This document shows positions 18,190 to 28,308 of a DNA stretch of 35,333 bases, piece after piece. Location: assembly GCA_051646395.1 (NCBI GenBank), contig JBOFCW010000305.1, positions 1 to 35,333 on the forward strand, in the 5' to 3' direction. The translations under genes and the position numbers were made by a program. Position 1 is the stretch's first letter; the number at the start of each line of letters is the position of its first letter. The notes under the pieces were generated by a model, which was not told the DNA's origin, did not search any database, and saw only the letters and a program-made list of their open reading frames with translations. Source of the DNA: Bacteroidales bacterium. Lineage in GTDB: Bacteria > Bacteroidota > Bacteroidia > Bacteroidales > JAUNSR01.

Positions 18190-19245
18190 ATGAAAATGAA
18201 ATCTCTTGGTGTTGGATTAATCGCAACACTATGTTTATTCTCTTGTGGAAAAAAGGAAGAGACCACAACTCCGGTTCGTCCGGTAAAAGTAACGACAGTT
18301 ACAACCCGTAACGAAATCCGTAAGGATTATTCAGGTGTCGTTGATGCTGTGAAGTTTGTTAATCTGGCATTCCGAGTACCGGGACAAATCATCCAGCTCC
18401 CGATTGTAGAAGGTCAGAAGGTAAAACAGGGAGATCTGATTGCTCAAATCGACCCGCGCGAAATTAAACTTCAGTATGAGGCTGCTAAAGCTGCTTTTGA
18501 AACAGCACAAGCACAACTTCAACGTAACGAACGTTTACTACAACGTCAGGCCGTTTCTCAGCAGGAAATGGAAATCGTGCGTTCGAATTACGAACAAGCT
18601 CGCTCGAATTACGAAGCTCAGCAAAACAACATGGCCGATACCTACTTACGCGCGCCATTTTCAGGATCTATCACCAAACGTTCGGTAGAGAATTACCAAC
18701 GCGTGAATGCAGGTGAAACGATCGCCCAATTAATCGACTCGAAAGACTTGCAGATCTATTTTACGATTCCGGACAACTCTTTGGCTCTGGTTCAAGGAAG
18801 CAACAAAGGTTTTACGGTAGAATTTGAAGTATACAAAGGAATCAAATTCGCTGCAAAGCTGAAAGAGTATGTGGAAGCCTCACCTGAAGGTACAGGTATC
18901 CCTGTATTCCTGACTATCACCGATCCTCGTTTCAACAAAGATGATTACGATATCAAACCGGGATTTTCATGTAATGTGACCATGACAGTAAATCTGGATA
19001 ATAAAAATCTGGAATATCCTTATGTTCCTCTTACCGCCATCTTCGGATCACCGGAAAGCAATCAGCAAAATGTTTGGATTTACAACGCTTCGGCAGGAAC
19101 CGTAGAATTACGTCCGGTACAAACAGGAGCGTTAATTGATGCAGACAATATACTGGTTACCAGCGGCCTGAAAACAGGTGAAATCGTGGTAACCGCCGGA
19201 GTAACACAAATTACGAATGGCGAGAAAGTAAAGATTCTAAAATAA
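18190..19245 (+). CDS. Efflux RND transporter periplasmic adaptor (membrane fusion protein)
   Basis: 351 aa ORF with a lipoprotein signal (LFSCGKK). It has a lipoyl/barrel-sandwich region and a coiled-coil stretch (QYEAAKAAFETAQAQLQRNERLLQRQAVSQQE). It lies immediately upstream of the RND pump. Confidence 0.85.
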   Translation: MKMKSLGVGLIATLCLFSCGKKEETTTPVRPVKVTTVTTRNEIRKDYSGVVDAVKFVNLAFRVPGQIIQLPIVEGQKVKQGDLIAQIDPREIKLQYEAAKAAFETAQAQLQRNERLLQRQAVSQQEMEIVRSNYEQARSNYEAQQNNMADTYLRAPFSGSITKRSVENYQRVNAGETIAQLIDSKDLQIYFTIPDNSLALVQGSNKGFTVEFEVYKGIKFAAKLKEYVEASPEGTGIPVFLTITDPRFNKDDYDIKPGFSCNVTMTVNLDNKNLEYPYVPLTAIFGSPESNQQNVWIYNASAGTVELRPVQTGALIDADNILVTSGLKTGEIVVTAGVTQITNGEKVKILK

Positions 19246-19254
19246 TTCCGATTT

Positions 19255-22200
19255 ATGAACATAGCTAAATATTCCCTTGCTCATACCAAGGTCATTTATT
19301 TCTTTCTGGCTGTGATGTTGATCGGAGGTATTATTGCATTCGATAAACTTGCCAAAAAAGAAGATGCGCCGTTTGTTATCAAAAGTGCGGTGCTGATGTG
19401 TTATTATCCCGGTGCAACCCCTACTGAAGTAGAAAGGTTGATTACCGAGCCGATTGAACGCGAAATCCAGACCATGTCGGAAGTGAAGCGTATCAAATCC
19501 GAGTCCTCATTCGGGATGACAAAGATTACTGTCGAACTGGCCGATGCCACAAAAGCAGAAAATACGCCTCAGAAATGGGACGAATTGCGCCGTAAGGTAA
19601 TGAATGTGACCCCTCGCTTACCGCAGGGAGTGAGCCCCATCACTGTCGGTGACGACTTCGGGGACGTATTCGGTATTTATTATGGTCTTTCTGCTGACGA
19701 AGGTTTTTCTTACAATGAATTAAGAAACTGGACCCGCTATATCACTACTCGCCTTGCTACTGTTCCCGGCGTAGTAAAAGTAAACACCTTCGGCGAACGA
19801 CAGGAATGTGTGAACGTTTTCATTCCGATTCCGAAACTAGCGAATATGGGCGTAACCCCCCAGCAACTTTCGGCAGCATTATCTGCTCAGAATCAGGTCA
19901 TCAATACGGGTGAACGCCTTGCAGGAGATATGCAGTTGAAAATCGTGGCATCCGGTACATATAACGACCTGGATGATATCCGCAACCAGACCATTACTTC
20001 GGCCAACGGTCAGCAGATCCGCCTGGGCGACATCGCTGTTGTCGAAAGAGGTTATGTGGATCCACCGGCTACCCTGATGCGTATCAACGGAAAACGCTCA
20101 ATCGGGATCGGGGTTTCTTCCGACACAAAAAAAGACGTTGTGACAATTGGCGACGGCGTGGCCGCAGAGCTGAGTCAGATCATGCCTTTGCTTCCTATCG
20201 GTTTGAATGTCGAACCGATCTATCTGGAGGGCGATATCGCTCGCGATGCCAACAATGGATTCATCATCAACCTGATTGAATCGGTTGCTATCGTTATCTT
20301 CATCATCATGTTGGTAATGGGTCTTCGTGCCGGAATTTTGATTGGTAGTTCATTGATCTTCTCGATCGGAGGCACCATGTTGATCATGATGTATATCGAT
20401 ACAGGACTGAACCGTACCTCTCTGGCCGGTTTCATTATTGCAATGGGTATGCTGGTTGATAATGCCATCGTGGTAACGGACAATGCCCAGATCGCGATCA
20501 AACGGGGAGTACCTAAAATCAAAGCACTGATAGACGGAGCCACAATTCCGCAATGGGGATTGCTGGGTGCCACATTCATCGCAATCTGTTCTTTCCTTCC
20601 GATCTATCTTGCTCCATCAGCTGTTGCTGAAATCGTGAAACCTTTGTTTATCGTCCTCTCTGTTTCTCTCTCACTGAGCTGGATTCTCGCACTGATGCAA
20701 ACCACTACTTTTGGTAGCTGGATTCTGAAAAACAATGAAGGAGGAGACAACAAGGATCCTTATGACAGTAAATTCTATCATAAATTCGAAAATATTCTGC
20801 GCGCTCTGATCAAACGTCGCTGGCTGACAATTTCATCGGCTGTTGCGGCTTTATTCCTGGCCCTATTCGTAATGGGACTGATGCCTCAGAACTTCTTCCC
20901 GAATATGGATAAGAATTACTTCCGTGCGGATATGTTCTGGCCGGATGGCTACAACATTCTGGAAGTGGAAAAAGAAATGAAAGACATCGAAGCTACCGTG
21001 ATGGCTTTACCAGAGGTAGAACGTGTATCTATCACAATGGGTGCTTCTCCTCTTCGCTACTATCTGGCAAGTACCTCACTGGGGCCAAAACCGAATGTTG
21101 CGAATATTCTCATCGAGTTAAAAGACAGCAAACACACGATCGAGAAAGAAAATTGGTTCAACAATTATATGATGGAGAACTATCCGAACATCCTGACACG
21201 TTCCAGTCTGTTCAAACTTTCTCCGGCAACCGAAGCGGCCATCGAAATCGGATTCAAAGGTCCGAACACGGATACGCTGGTGATGCTCACCAACCAGGTG
21301 ATCGATCTGATGCACAAACAGGGCAACCTGACTCATATCCGTAATAGCTGGGGGAACAAAGTTCCGGTCAGCACCCCGGTATATTCACAGGCCAAAGGTC
21401 AGCGCCTGGGTGTAACCCGTCAGAATATGGCTTCTTCTATCGAAGTAGCAACCAAAGGTTACACGTTAAGCCAATATCGCGAAGGCGACCAGGTAATGAA
21501 TATCCTTTTGAAGGATAACAATATCAATTCATTTGATCTGAGCAACCTGAAAACCTTGCCGGTTTTCAACAGCAAAGGCGTGGCTATCCCGCTGGAGCAG
21601 GTGATCGACTCGATGCCTTTCGGATATGATTTCAATATGATCAAACGCGAAAACCGCGAGAAATTACTGATGGCACAGGCTGATCCCAAACGTGGGGCAA
21701 ATGCCATCGAAGCATTCAATAATATCTGGAATACGGCACAGCAAGAAATCAATGTTCCCGAAGGTTACTCCATGGGATATTGGGGTGAGCAGGAAAGTCA
21801 GAAAGAATCCAACGATGCTTTGGCGGCCAACATGCCACTCACTGGCTTCCTGATGTTCCTGACGCTTTTATTATTGTTCAACAACTTCCGTGAACCGATC
21901 GCAATTCTGATGATGATTCCTCTGATTTTCATCGGTATCGTTTTGGGATTGGTCGCATTCGGCAAATTATTCGATTTCTTTGCCCTGCTTGGATTGTTGG
22001 GATTGATTGGTATGAATATCAAAAATGCGATTGTTCTCGTCGATCAGATCAACATCGAGAAAGCTGCGGGATTACCACCGCTAGAAGCTGTAGTCAATGC
22101 TACCAAGTCTCGTATCGTCCCTGTTATCATGGCTTCAGGTACAACGATATTGGGTATGTTGCCACTCCTTTTCGATTCTTTGTTCGGTGGTTTGGCAGCT

Positions 22201-22290
22201 GTAATCATGGGAGGTTTGTTCGTAGCTTCGCTTCTTACAATCCTGATGTTGCCAGTTACATATTGTACGATTTATAAGATTAAAGGTTAA
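19255..22290 (+). CDS. Efflux RND transporter permease (AcrB/HAE family)
   Basis: 1011 aa ORF with a 12-TM layout and two large periplasmic loops. The conserved TM4 region reads ..AMGMLVDNAIVVTDN... Confidence 0.9.
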   Translation: MNIAKYSLAHTKVIYFFLAVMLIGGIIAFDKLAKKEDAPFVIKSAVLMCYYPGATPTEVERLITEPIEREIQTMSEVKRIKSESSFGMTKITVELADATKAENTPQKWDELRRKVMNVTPRLPQGVSPITVGDDFGDVFGIYYGLSADEGFSYNELRNWTRYITTRLATVPGVVKVNTFGERQECVNVFIPIPKLANMGVTPQQLSAALSAQNQVINTGERLAGDMQLKIVASGTYNDLDDIRNQTITSANGQQIRLGDIAVVERGYVDPPATLMRINGKRSIGIGVSSDTKKDVVTIGDGVAAELSQIMPLLPIGLNVEPIYLEGDIARDANNGFIINLIESVAIVIFIIMLVMGLRAGILIGSSLIFSIGGTMLIMMYIDTGLNRTSLAGFIIAMGMLVDNAIVVTDNAQIAIKRGVPKIKALIDGATIPQWGLLGATFIAICSFLPIYLAPSAVAEIVKPLFIVLSVSLSLSWILALMQTTTFGSWILKNNEGGDNKDPYDSKFYHKFENILRALIKRRWLTISSAVAALFLALFVMGLMPQNFFPNMDKNYFRADMFWPDGYNILEVEKEMKDIEATVMALPEVERVSITMGASPLRYYLASTSLGPKPNVANILIELKDSKHTIEKENWFNNYMMENYPNILTRSSLFKLSPATEAAIEIGFKGPNTDTLVMLTNQVIDLMHKQGNLTHIRNSWGNKVPVSTPVYSQAKGQRLGVTRQNMASSIEVATKGYTLSQYREGDQVMNILLKDNNINSFDLSNLKTLPVFNSKGVAIPLEQVIDSMPFGYDFNMIKRENREKLLMAQADPKRGANAIEAFNNIWNTAQQEINVPEGYSMGYWGEQESQKESNDALAANMPLTGFLMFLTLLLLFNNFREPIAILMMIPLIFIGIVLGLVAFGKLFDFFALLGLLGLIGMNIKNAIVLVDQINIEKAAGLPPLEAVVNATKSRIVPVIMASGTTILGMLPLLFDSLFGGLAAVIMGGLFVASLLTILMLPVTYCTIYKIKG

Positions 22291-22298
22291 TCCTCTTT

Positions 22299-22334
22299 CG
22301 ACTCAAATGTTTTTTCCAATGAACATTTGAGTCG
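22299..22334 (+). other. Perfect 13 bp hairpin within the operon, between the pump and outer-membrane-factor genes
   Basis: CGACTCAAATGTT (22299..22311) pairs perfectly with AACATTTGAGTCG (22322..22334) around a 10 nt loop. No U tract follows. Confidence 0.7.
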
Positions 22335-22359
22335 GATATTAAAATCAAATTTTATTCAA

Positions 22360-23643
22360 ATGAACAAATATAGAAAAGGGTTCTTTCTTCTTTCATTGCT
22401 TGCTCTGGCAAGCAGCGGGGAAGCCCAGGAATATATGAGTCTGGATACCTATCGCACGAAAGTTCTTGATTATAGTCAACAACTTAAACAAGCAAAAGAA
22501 CAGGTACTTTCGACTTCTGCCAAAAAGAATGTTACTCGCACCGGATTCTTACCTAAACTGGATTTAGGTGCATCCGGATCAATCGACCTGACCAATCTTA
22601 ATCTTTGGGATGCTCCCCGTGGATCATATCATCCTTACAACTACTTCGCAGGAGGTACACTTACACAAAGTATCTGGGCAGGAAATGCAGTACAAGATCA
22701 ATTTAAAGCAGATAAGATTTCAGAAAAAATAAGCGTGGAGAACGAAATGCTTACGATAGACAACATCTATCTTCAGGCAGAACTCGCCTATTGGAATTTA
22801 TCCGCCAATACTGATTTGCTACGCATTAGTAAACAATATTATGAAATCATCAAAACACAATATGATTTGATCAAATTACGTTTTGACGACGGAGTTATCG
22901 CGAAAAACGACCTGCTGATGATTACCACTCGCTTAAAAGAGACCGAACTCGGTGTTAAAAAAGCGGAAACCGGCTACCTGATTGCATGTCAGAACTTCAA
23001 TATTCTGATGGGAATCGCTCCCGATGCACAGAAAGAATCGACAGAAGATATCACCCGGCCATTAGCGGCACCTGCCGAAATAAGCTATACGCAGGCTTTG
23101 GAACGTAGACCTGATTATCGCGCGGCCGAACTTCAGGTGAAATTGATGAAACAAAATCTGAATTTATCGATATCGAAATTCAATCCGCAAATTGCATTGC
23201 AAGTACAAGGTGGATATGGCACTGCGAACCCAAACCTGGATACAAGGGGAAGGGGTATTGCTATCTCTACATTAAGTTTCAGCATGCCTGTTTTTCATTG
23301 GGGAGAACGAAAATACACCAAATCTCAGTATCGGGCATTGGTTAATAACAGTGTATTCCAACAACAAATCGTAGCAGATCAGATCAGCAAAGAAGTCTCG
23401 AATGCCTGGACAACGATGGACCAGACTTATACACAAATCCGTGTTGCCGAAGAGAGCTTGAAATTGGCACAAGAAGCATTGGATTTAAACACATTTTCGT
23501 ATAACGAAGGTAAAATTACCATTGCTGATGTATTAAGTTCTCAAATTGCCTGGATACAATCCTACACCAATATGATTTCCGCTCATTATTCGTATAAAGT
23601 AGCGGTAGCTCAATATCAAAAAGCAATCGGAGCAATCCAATAA
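22360..23643 (+). CDS. TolC family outer membrane efflux protein
   Basis: The ATG at 22360 gives MNKYRKGFFLLSLLALASSGEAQE, a signal peptide. The tandem-repeat alpha/beta pattern fits outer membrane factors. The track's TTG start at 22327 falls inside the hairpin and is rejected. Confidence 0.8.
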   Translation: MNKYRKGFFLLSLLALASSGEAQEYMSLDTYRTKVLDYSQQLKQAKEQVLSTSAKKNVTRTGFLPKLDLGASGSIDLTNLNLWDAPRGSYHPYNYFAGGTLTQSIWAGNAVQDQFKADKISEKISVENEMLTIDNIYLQAELAYWNLSANTDLLRISKQYYEIIKTQYDLIKLRFDDGVIAKNDLLMITTRLKETELGVKKAETGYLIACQNFNILMGIAPDAQKESTEDITRPLAAPAEISYTQALERRPDYRAAELQVKLMKQNLNLSISKFNPQIALQVQGGYGTANPNLDTRGRGIAISTLSFSMPVFHWGERKYTKSQYRALVNNSVFQQQIVADQISKEVSNAWTTMDQTYTQIRVAEESLKLAQEALDLNTFSYNEGKITIADVLSSQIAWIQSYTNMISAHYSYKVAVAQYQKAIGAIQ

Positions 23644-23667
23644 TTGCCATTGATTTTAAACTTTTAT

Positions 23668-23701
23668 GAAAGCCTCATTGTTTATTCAATGAGGCTTTTT
23701 T
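23668..23701 (+). terminator. Rho-independent terminator after the RND operon
   Basis: GCCTCATTG (23672..23680) pairs with CAATGAGGC (23687..23695), followed by TTTTTT. Confidence 0.85.
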
Positions 23702-23746
23702 GGGTTTGAAACAAAAAAGCAAATGGTAAATTTTAATACTAAGAAT

Positions 23747-24187
23747 ATGAAAATCGAACCTTTCTTAATTTTTGATGGTGATTGTAGTGATGCTATTGCA
23801 TTCTATACCAAAGTATTTCATGGCATGCAAGTTAAAATCCAAACTTATGGTGATGCCAAAGAACATCTTGCGAAGGAACATATCAAAGTAACACCTAACT
23901 GGAAAGATAAAATCATGCACGCTTCTTTTGTTATGCCTGACGGGAATAAAATCGTAATGTGTGACAGAAGAGAGGATGCTGTTTTTCATCAGGGGAACGA
24001 CTCTGCTACCGTTCTTGAATTTGAAAAACCAGAAGATTTAGACAAAATTTTCCACGCACTGAGCGAAGGTGGAAAAATCGATATGCCGATTCAGAAAAAA
24101 TTCTGGCATGCGATGTATGGTGAAATAACAGACAAATTCAAAAAAAGATGGTTGCTTAACTGTCAGATTGTATCAATCAATGATTAA
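23747..24187 (+). CDS. VOC (glyoxalase/bleomycin-resistance fold) family protein, PhnB/YjdN-like
   Basis: The N-terminus MKIEPFLIFDGDCSDAIAFYTKVFHG, and FWHAMYGEITDKFKKRWLLN near the C-terminus, are typical of this family. The ATG at 23747 is preferred to the upstream start in the track. Confidence 0.7.
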   Translation: MKIEPFLIFDGDCSDAIAFYTKVFHGMQVKIQTYGDAKEHLAKEHIKVTPNWKDKIMHASFVMPDGNKIVMCDRREDAVFHQGNDSATVLEFEKPEDLDKIFHALSEGGKIDMPIQKKFWHAMYGEITDKFKKRWLLNCQIVSIND

Positions 24188-24215
24188 ATTCAATAATAGA
24201 CCCTTACAAATCAGG

Positions 24216-24593
24216 ATGGATAGTAAACAATTCATCCTGATTGTTATATCCCTTCTGTTCCTACACACAGGATGCAATGATAATGCGGGCGATATCAAAC
24301 AAGGACTGACCGTAATCGATAATATCTGTTTTTCTACTGACGGAGGTGATGTAAGCAATACCTTGCTTGCCAATGATAGCTGGAGCATCACGCTGCCGGG
24401 CGACAACCTGTGGCTTTCGGTCTCCCCCGGATCGGGACAGGGATCGGCCAATCCGATAAATCTCATCTTTAACGCTCAGGTCAATAACAATACCGGAAGC
24501 AGAAGCCAGCAAGTCATTCTCCGCATCGGAGACAAAACCTTCCAATACACAGCAAATCAAGACGGTACATTAAACCAGGTATGCAATTTCTAA
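24216..24593 (+). CDS. Small lipoprotein consisting of a single BACON domain
   Basis: MDSKQFILIVISLLFLHTGCNDN is a lipoprotein signal. The pattern ..ANDSWSITLPGDNLWLSVSPGSGQGSANPINLIFNAQVNNNTGSRSQQVILRIG..ANQDG matches the BACON domain. Confidence 0.65.
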   Translation: MDSKQFILIVISLLFLHTGCNDNAGDIKQGLTVIDNICFSTDGGDVSNTLLANDSWSITLPGDNLWLSVSPGSGQGSANPINLIFNAQVNNNTGSRSQQVILRIGDKTFQYTANQDGTLNQVCNF

Positions 24594-24657
24594 AACTTGT
24601 TTTTATAGATTTATTATAATTTGACATAGAAAGATTGGCATCACGCTTGAAAGTGCA

Positions 24658-24665
24658 TATTTTTG
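24658..24665 (+). promoter_or_regulatory. Candidate -7 box (TATTTTTG), about 170 nt upstream of the MATE gene
   Basis: This is the only exact TAnnTTTG match I found in the 24594..24833 spacer. Confidence 0.4.
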
Positions 24666-24833
24666 CATTGAATATGAAAACATTAAAAGGCAATTACATT
24701 CATATAATCCCGAATCCGACCAACTGACGGCCGGACATGTTTCTATATCAGCTATTCCATACTGATATCCTAAACCATTTTTGCCTTTCGGATACTCATT
24801 TCTGAATCTAACAATCCAAATAAATTATCGTAT

Positions 24834-26225
24834 ATGAATTTGAGAACGTATGTTCCTTTTTACAAAAGGAATCTGGCTATTGCTATACCTGTGATGCTGT
24901 CGCAAATCGGGCAGGTAGTAGTTCAGATGGCCGACACCATGATGGTTGGACGTTTAGGTGCGGATGAACTGGCGTCAGTATCCTTTGCAGGAGCTATTTT
25001 CAATGTCGGACTGTTATTTTGTATGGGTAGCGCCATGGGATTAACGCCACTGGTCGGAAAATCGACAAGCCAGGGAGGACACCGTGACTCCGCCCACCTG
25101 TTCCAGAATTCATTCCTTTTGAATATGTTCTTCGGAATCGGAGTAGCGATCATTTTATTCGGCGTCTCCTTCTTTATGGATCAGATGGGACAGACTCCAC
25201 GTGTTGCGGAGCTGGCAATTCCTTATTTCCGGATTTTACTCGTTTCGATGATTCCTCTTTTACTGTTTCTTTCTTTCAAACAATTTATGGAAGGGATCGG
25301 TGACACCCGTACGGCGATGATTATCACCATCGGAGCCAATCTGATCAATATCGGATTGAACTATGTGCTGATTTATGGTAATTTCGGAGCTCCGGCACTG
25401 GGTGTTTCAGGAGCCGCTTATGCCACATTGGTTTCCAGGATACTGATGCCATTCGCCTTTTTGTTCGTTTTCATGAAACGGAGTTCACTGCGCCGCTATT
25501 TCCTGTTCTTCTGTCGGGAAAACTTCTCGAAAGCACGTCTCAAAGAGCTGTCGAAAGTGGGTCTGCCAATAGGAACCCAGATCTTTGTAGAGCAAATTGC
25601 CTTCAGTTTTACTGCCGTAATGGTAGGTTGGCTGGGTGCCGCATCATTGGCAAGTCATCAGGTAGCCATGAATATCTCATTTCTGGTATTTATGATTCTG
25701 AGCGGTTTAAGCTCCGCCACGACAATCCGTGTAAGCCATCAATTCGGACGTGATAATATCGAGGAGATGCGCAAAGCCGCGCATGCTTCTTATCACCTGA
25801 CACTCTTTACCGTTATTCTGGCTGCGGTTCTGATCGTGATTTTCCGCCATCAGATCCCACTTTTATTTACCTCAGATCCCGAGGTCATCGCTGTTTCGGC
25901 TCAGCTGCTTTTCATTGTTGCTTTGTATCAGTTGCCCGATGGACTGCAAGTGGTTTCGCTCGGAGCCTTGCGCGGAATCTCCGACGTAAAGATGCCGATG
26001 ATCTATGCGACCATCTCCTATCTGGTATTGAATATCCCGATCGGATATTTTTGTGGATTCACCCTGGGCATGGGAGCAATCGGCGTATGGATCGGATTCG
26101 TGTTCGGCCTGACAGCTGCCGCAATCAGCTTTATGCTACGCTTTGAAAACAAAAGCAAGACTTATCTGAAAATAGAAAACATCAACCGGCCAGAAATGAT
26201 TGCACCGGCAAATGATGAGCAATAA
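24834..26225 (+). CDS. MATE family multidrug/toxic-compound efflux transporter
   Basis: 463 aa ORF with a 12-TM pattern. The N-terminal ..NLAIAIPVMLSQIGQVVVQMADTMMVGRLG.. is typical of NorM/DinF-like proteins. Confidence 0.85.
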   Translation: MNLRTYVPFYKRNLAIAIPVMLSQIGQVVVQMADTMMVGRLGADELASVSFAGAIFNVGLLFCMGSAMGLTPLVGKSTSQGGHRDSAHLFQNSFLLNMFFGIGVAIILFGVSFFMDQMGQTPRVAELAIPYFRILLVSMIPLLLFLSFKQFMEGIGDTRTAMIITIGANLINIGLNYVLIYGNFGAPALGVSGAAYATLVSRILMPFAFLFVFMKRSSLRRYFLFFCRENFSKARLKELSKVGLPIGTQIFVEQIAFSFTAVMVGWLGAASLASHQVAMNISFLVFMILSGLSSATTIRVSHQFGRDNIEEMRKAAHASYHLTLFTVILAAVLIVIFRHQIPLLFTSDPEVIAVSAQLLFIVALYQLPDGLQVVSLGALRGISDVKMPMIYATISYLVLNIPIGYFCGFTLGMGAIGVWIGFVFGLTAAAISFMLRFENKSKTYLKIENINRPEMIAPANDEQ

Positions 26226-26255
26226 ATACGGATAATAAACGATATCATTATATAC

Positions 26256-26294
26256 AAAAACAGGGATGCCTCCAAAAGAAGCATCCCTGTTTTT
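26256..26294. terminator. Bidirectional terminator between the convergent MATE and obg genes
   Basis: CAGGGATGC (26261..26269) pairs with GCATCCCTG (26281..26289). An A run precedes the stem and a T run follows it. Confidence 0.8.
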
Positions 26295-26325
26295 ATATAA
26301 AAAATAAAGTATCTGTCCGGCAGTA

Positions 26326-27504
26326 TTATTTCTGAGGTGCATCCTCTTCATCATCACTCCATTCCTGCTCATCATATTCATCCTCATCCAGAAGATCATC
26401 TTCTTCGATGATGTATTCATCATCCCACTCGTCATCATCTTCATCGAGTTCTTCCGATTCCACAACCGGTATTATTTCAAGATTCCGGTGTGTAATCGTT
26501 GTAACCTTATTGGTTTCGCTGTTAAGCTCATGCCACAGGATATCCTTCAATTCCTGCAATCCCATATTGATTACAGAAGAAATAAATACATACGGGATAT
26601 CCGGCAGGTCTTTACGAATCTCATCCATCAGCTCATCATCGAGCATATCCGATTTCGTAATCGCCAACACGCGTTGTTTATCAAGCAATTCCGGGTTAAA
26701 CGTTGCGATTTCATTGAGTAATACATCATACTCCTTGCGGATATCGTCGCTATCGGCAGGTACCATGAACAACAACAATGAGTTACGCTCAATGTGGCGC
26801 AAGAAACGAAGACCAAGGCCTTTCCCCTCGCTCGCACCCTCAATGATCCCCGGAATATCGGCCATCACAAAAGAGCGGTTATCACGATAAGAAACAATAC
26901 CCAGATTCGGTTCAAGAGTCGTAAACGGATAATCGGCGATCTTCGGTTTCGCAGCAGAAACTACAGACAACAACGTTGATTTACCGGCATTCGGGAAACC
27001 TACCAGACCCACGTCGGCAAGGAGTTTCAACTCCATGATCACCCCACGCTCCAATGCAGGTTCTCCCGGTTGAGCGTAACGTGGCGTCTGATTTGTCGAA
27101 GTACGGAAATGCCAGTTACCCTGCCCTCCGCGACCACCTTTAAGCAAGACAACCTCCTGTCCGTCTTCCGTTACGTCGCAGATAAATTCACCGGTTTCAG
27201 CATCGAAAACAACTGTTCCGCAAGGTACTTCGATCACCTCGTCTTTTCCGTTTTTACCGAAACTACGGCTTGCGCCCCCCGATTCGCCATGACCGGCAAA
27301 TACGTGACGCTGAAATTTCAAGTGAAGCAAAGTCCAGTAATTCCGGTTTCCACGCAGAATCACGTGTCCTCCACGTCCTCCGTCACCACCGTCAGGACCA
27401 CCTTTAGCAGTCCAGTTATCGCGGTGAAGATGTCGGGAACCCGCACCACCTTTACCTGAACGACAATATATCTTTACGTAGTCAACAAAGTTAGAAGCGG
27501 CCAT
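26326..27504 (-). CDS. obg: GTPase Obg/CgtA
   Basis: 392 aa ORF. It has the N-terminal glycine-rich Obg fold ([30 protein letters not shown]), the G1 motif GFPNAGKST and [10 protein letters not shown] strongly acidic C-terminal tail follows. Confidence 0.9.
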   Translation of the reverse strand: MAASNFVDYVKIYCRSGKGGAGSRHLHRDNWTAKGGPDGGDGGRGGHVILRGNRNYWTLLHLKFQRHVFAGHGESGGASRSFGKNGKDEVIEVPCGTVVFDAETGEFICDVTEDGQEVVLLKGGRGGQGNWHFRTSTNQTPRYAQPGEPALERGVIMELKLLADVGLVGFPNAGKSTLLSVVSAAKPKIADYPFTTLEPNLGIVSYRDNRSFVMADIPGIIEGASEGKGLGLRFLRHIERNSLLLFMVPADSDDIRKEYDVLLNEIATFNPELLDKQRVLAITKSDMLDDELMDEIRKDLPDIPYVFISSVINMGLQELKDILWHELNSETNKVTTITHRNLEIIPVVESEELDEDDDEWDDEYIIEEDDLLDEDEYDEQEWSDDEEDAPQK

Positions 27505-27590
27505 AAATTATTCAGCTTTAATGATTTATTATCTTAACTACCCTCACGGGTAAAATAGAATCCGGCTATGATCGGATCCTGTTATTAAAC

Positions 27591-27687
27591 AAAAGAAAAA
27601 AGGTGTCTGTTCAAAAACACACCTCTTTAAAAAGCAGAAAGTTAAAGGGGAAGAGGCCGGTTCCGGTCTTTTTCCCCCTTAACTTTC
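27591..27687 (-). terminator. Two successive minus-strand hairpins with U tracts downstream of adk
   Basis: On the minus strand, GAAAGTTAAGGGGG...CCCCTTTAACTTTC is followed by TGCTTTTT. Then AGGTGT..ACACCT is followed by TTTTTCTTTTG. Confidence 0.55.
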
Positions 27688-27701
27688 AGTATCAGTTTGA
27701 A

Positions 27702-28274
27702 TTATAATGCGTCGATAGCAGTTTCGATACGACCGAAGATCTCTTCCACTGTACCCATACCTTTGATATCGGCATATTTACCTTCGTTGATATAAAACGA
27801 TTTCAATGGAGAAGTCTGGTTGTTATAAACGTCCAAACGGCTTTTGATTGTTTCATAGTTGTCGTCCGAGCGACCAGAAATCTGACCACGTTTCAACAAA
27901 CGGTCAATCAGCTCTGATTCTTCAACGTCAAGACCCACTACGATAGAAACAGCAGTACCGCGTTCTTTCAACATTTCGTTCAAAGCTTCAGCCTGAGGGA
28001 TCGTACGAGGGAAACCGTCGAAAATCACTCCTTCTTTAGCTGCTTCGTTAGAATCCAAAACGTTAGCAAGCATATCGATAATCAATGAATCCGGAACCAA
28101 CTGACCTTTTTCGATAAATTCTTTAGCCGTTTTTCCCAGTTCAGTACCGTTTTTCATTTCGTTTCTCAAAACGTCTCCTGTAGAGATATGGAACAAACCA
28201 TATTTCTTGATAATAAGCTCACTCTGAGTTCCTTTACCAGAACCCGGTGCACCAAAAATAACAACGTTCAACAT
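27702..28274 (-). CDS. adk: Adenylate kinase
   Basis: 190 aa ORF with the P-loop GAPGSGKGTQ. It is the short form without a zinc lid. Confidence 0.9.
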   Translation of the reverse strand: MLNVVIFGAPGSGKGTQSELIIKKYGLFHISTGDVLRNEMKNGTELGKTAKEFIEKGQLVPDSLIIDMLANVLDSNEAAKEGVIFDGFPRTIPQAEALNEMLKERGTAVSIVVGLDVEESELIDRLLKRGQISGRSDDNYETIKSRLDVYNNQTSPLKSFYINEGKYADIKGMGTVEEIFGRIETAIDAL

Positions 28275-28308
28275 CTTTTTTTACCTTAAATATAATATAG
28301 TATAGTAA

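Noticed and set aside
26326-26470. Very acidic C-terminal tail of Obg (..[42 protein letters not shown])
   Set aside because: Obg proteins have variable C-terminal extensions, and I believe acidic tails occur in Bacteroidales Obg. It is not clearly unusual without a comparison.
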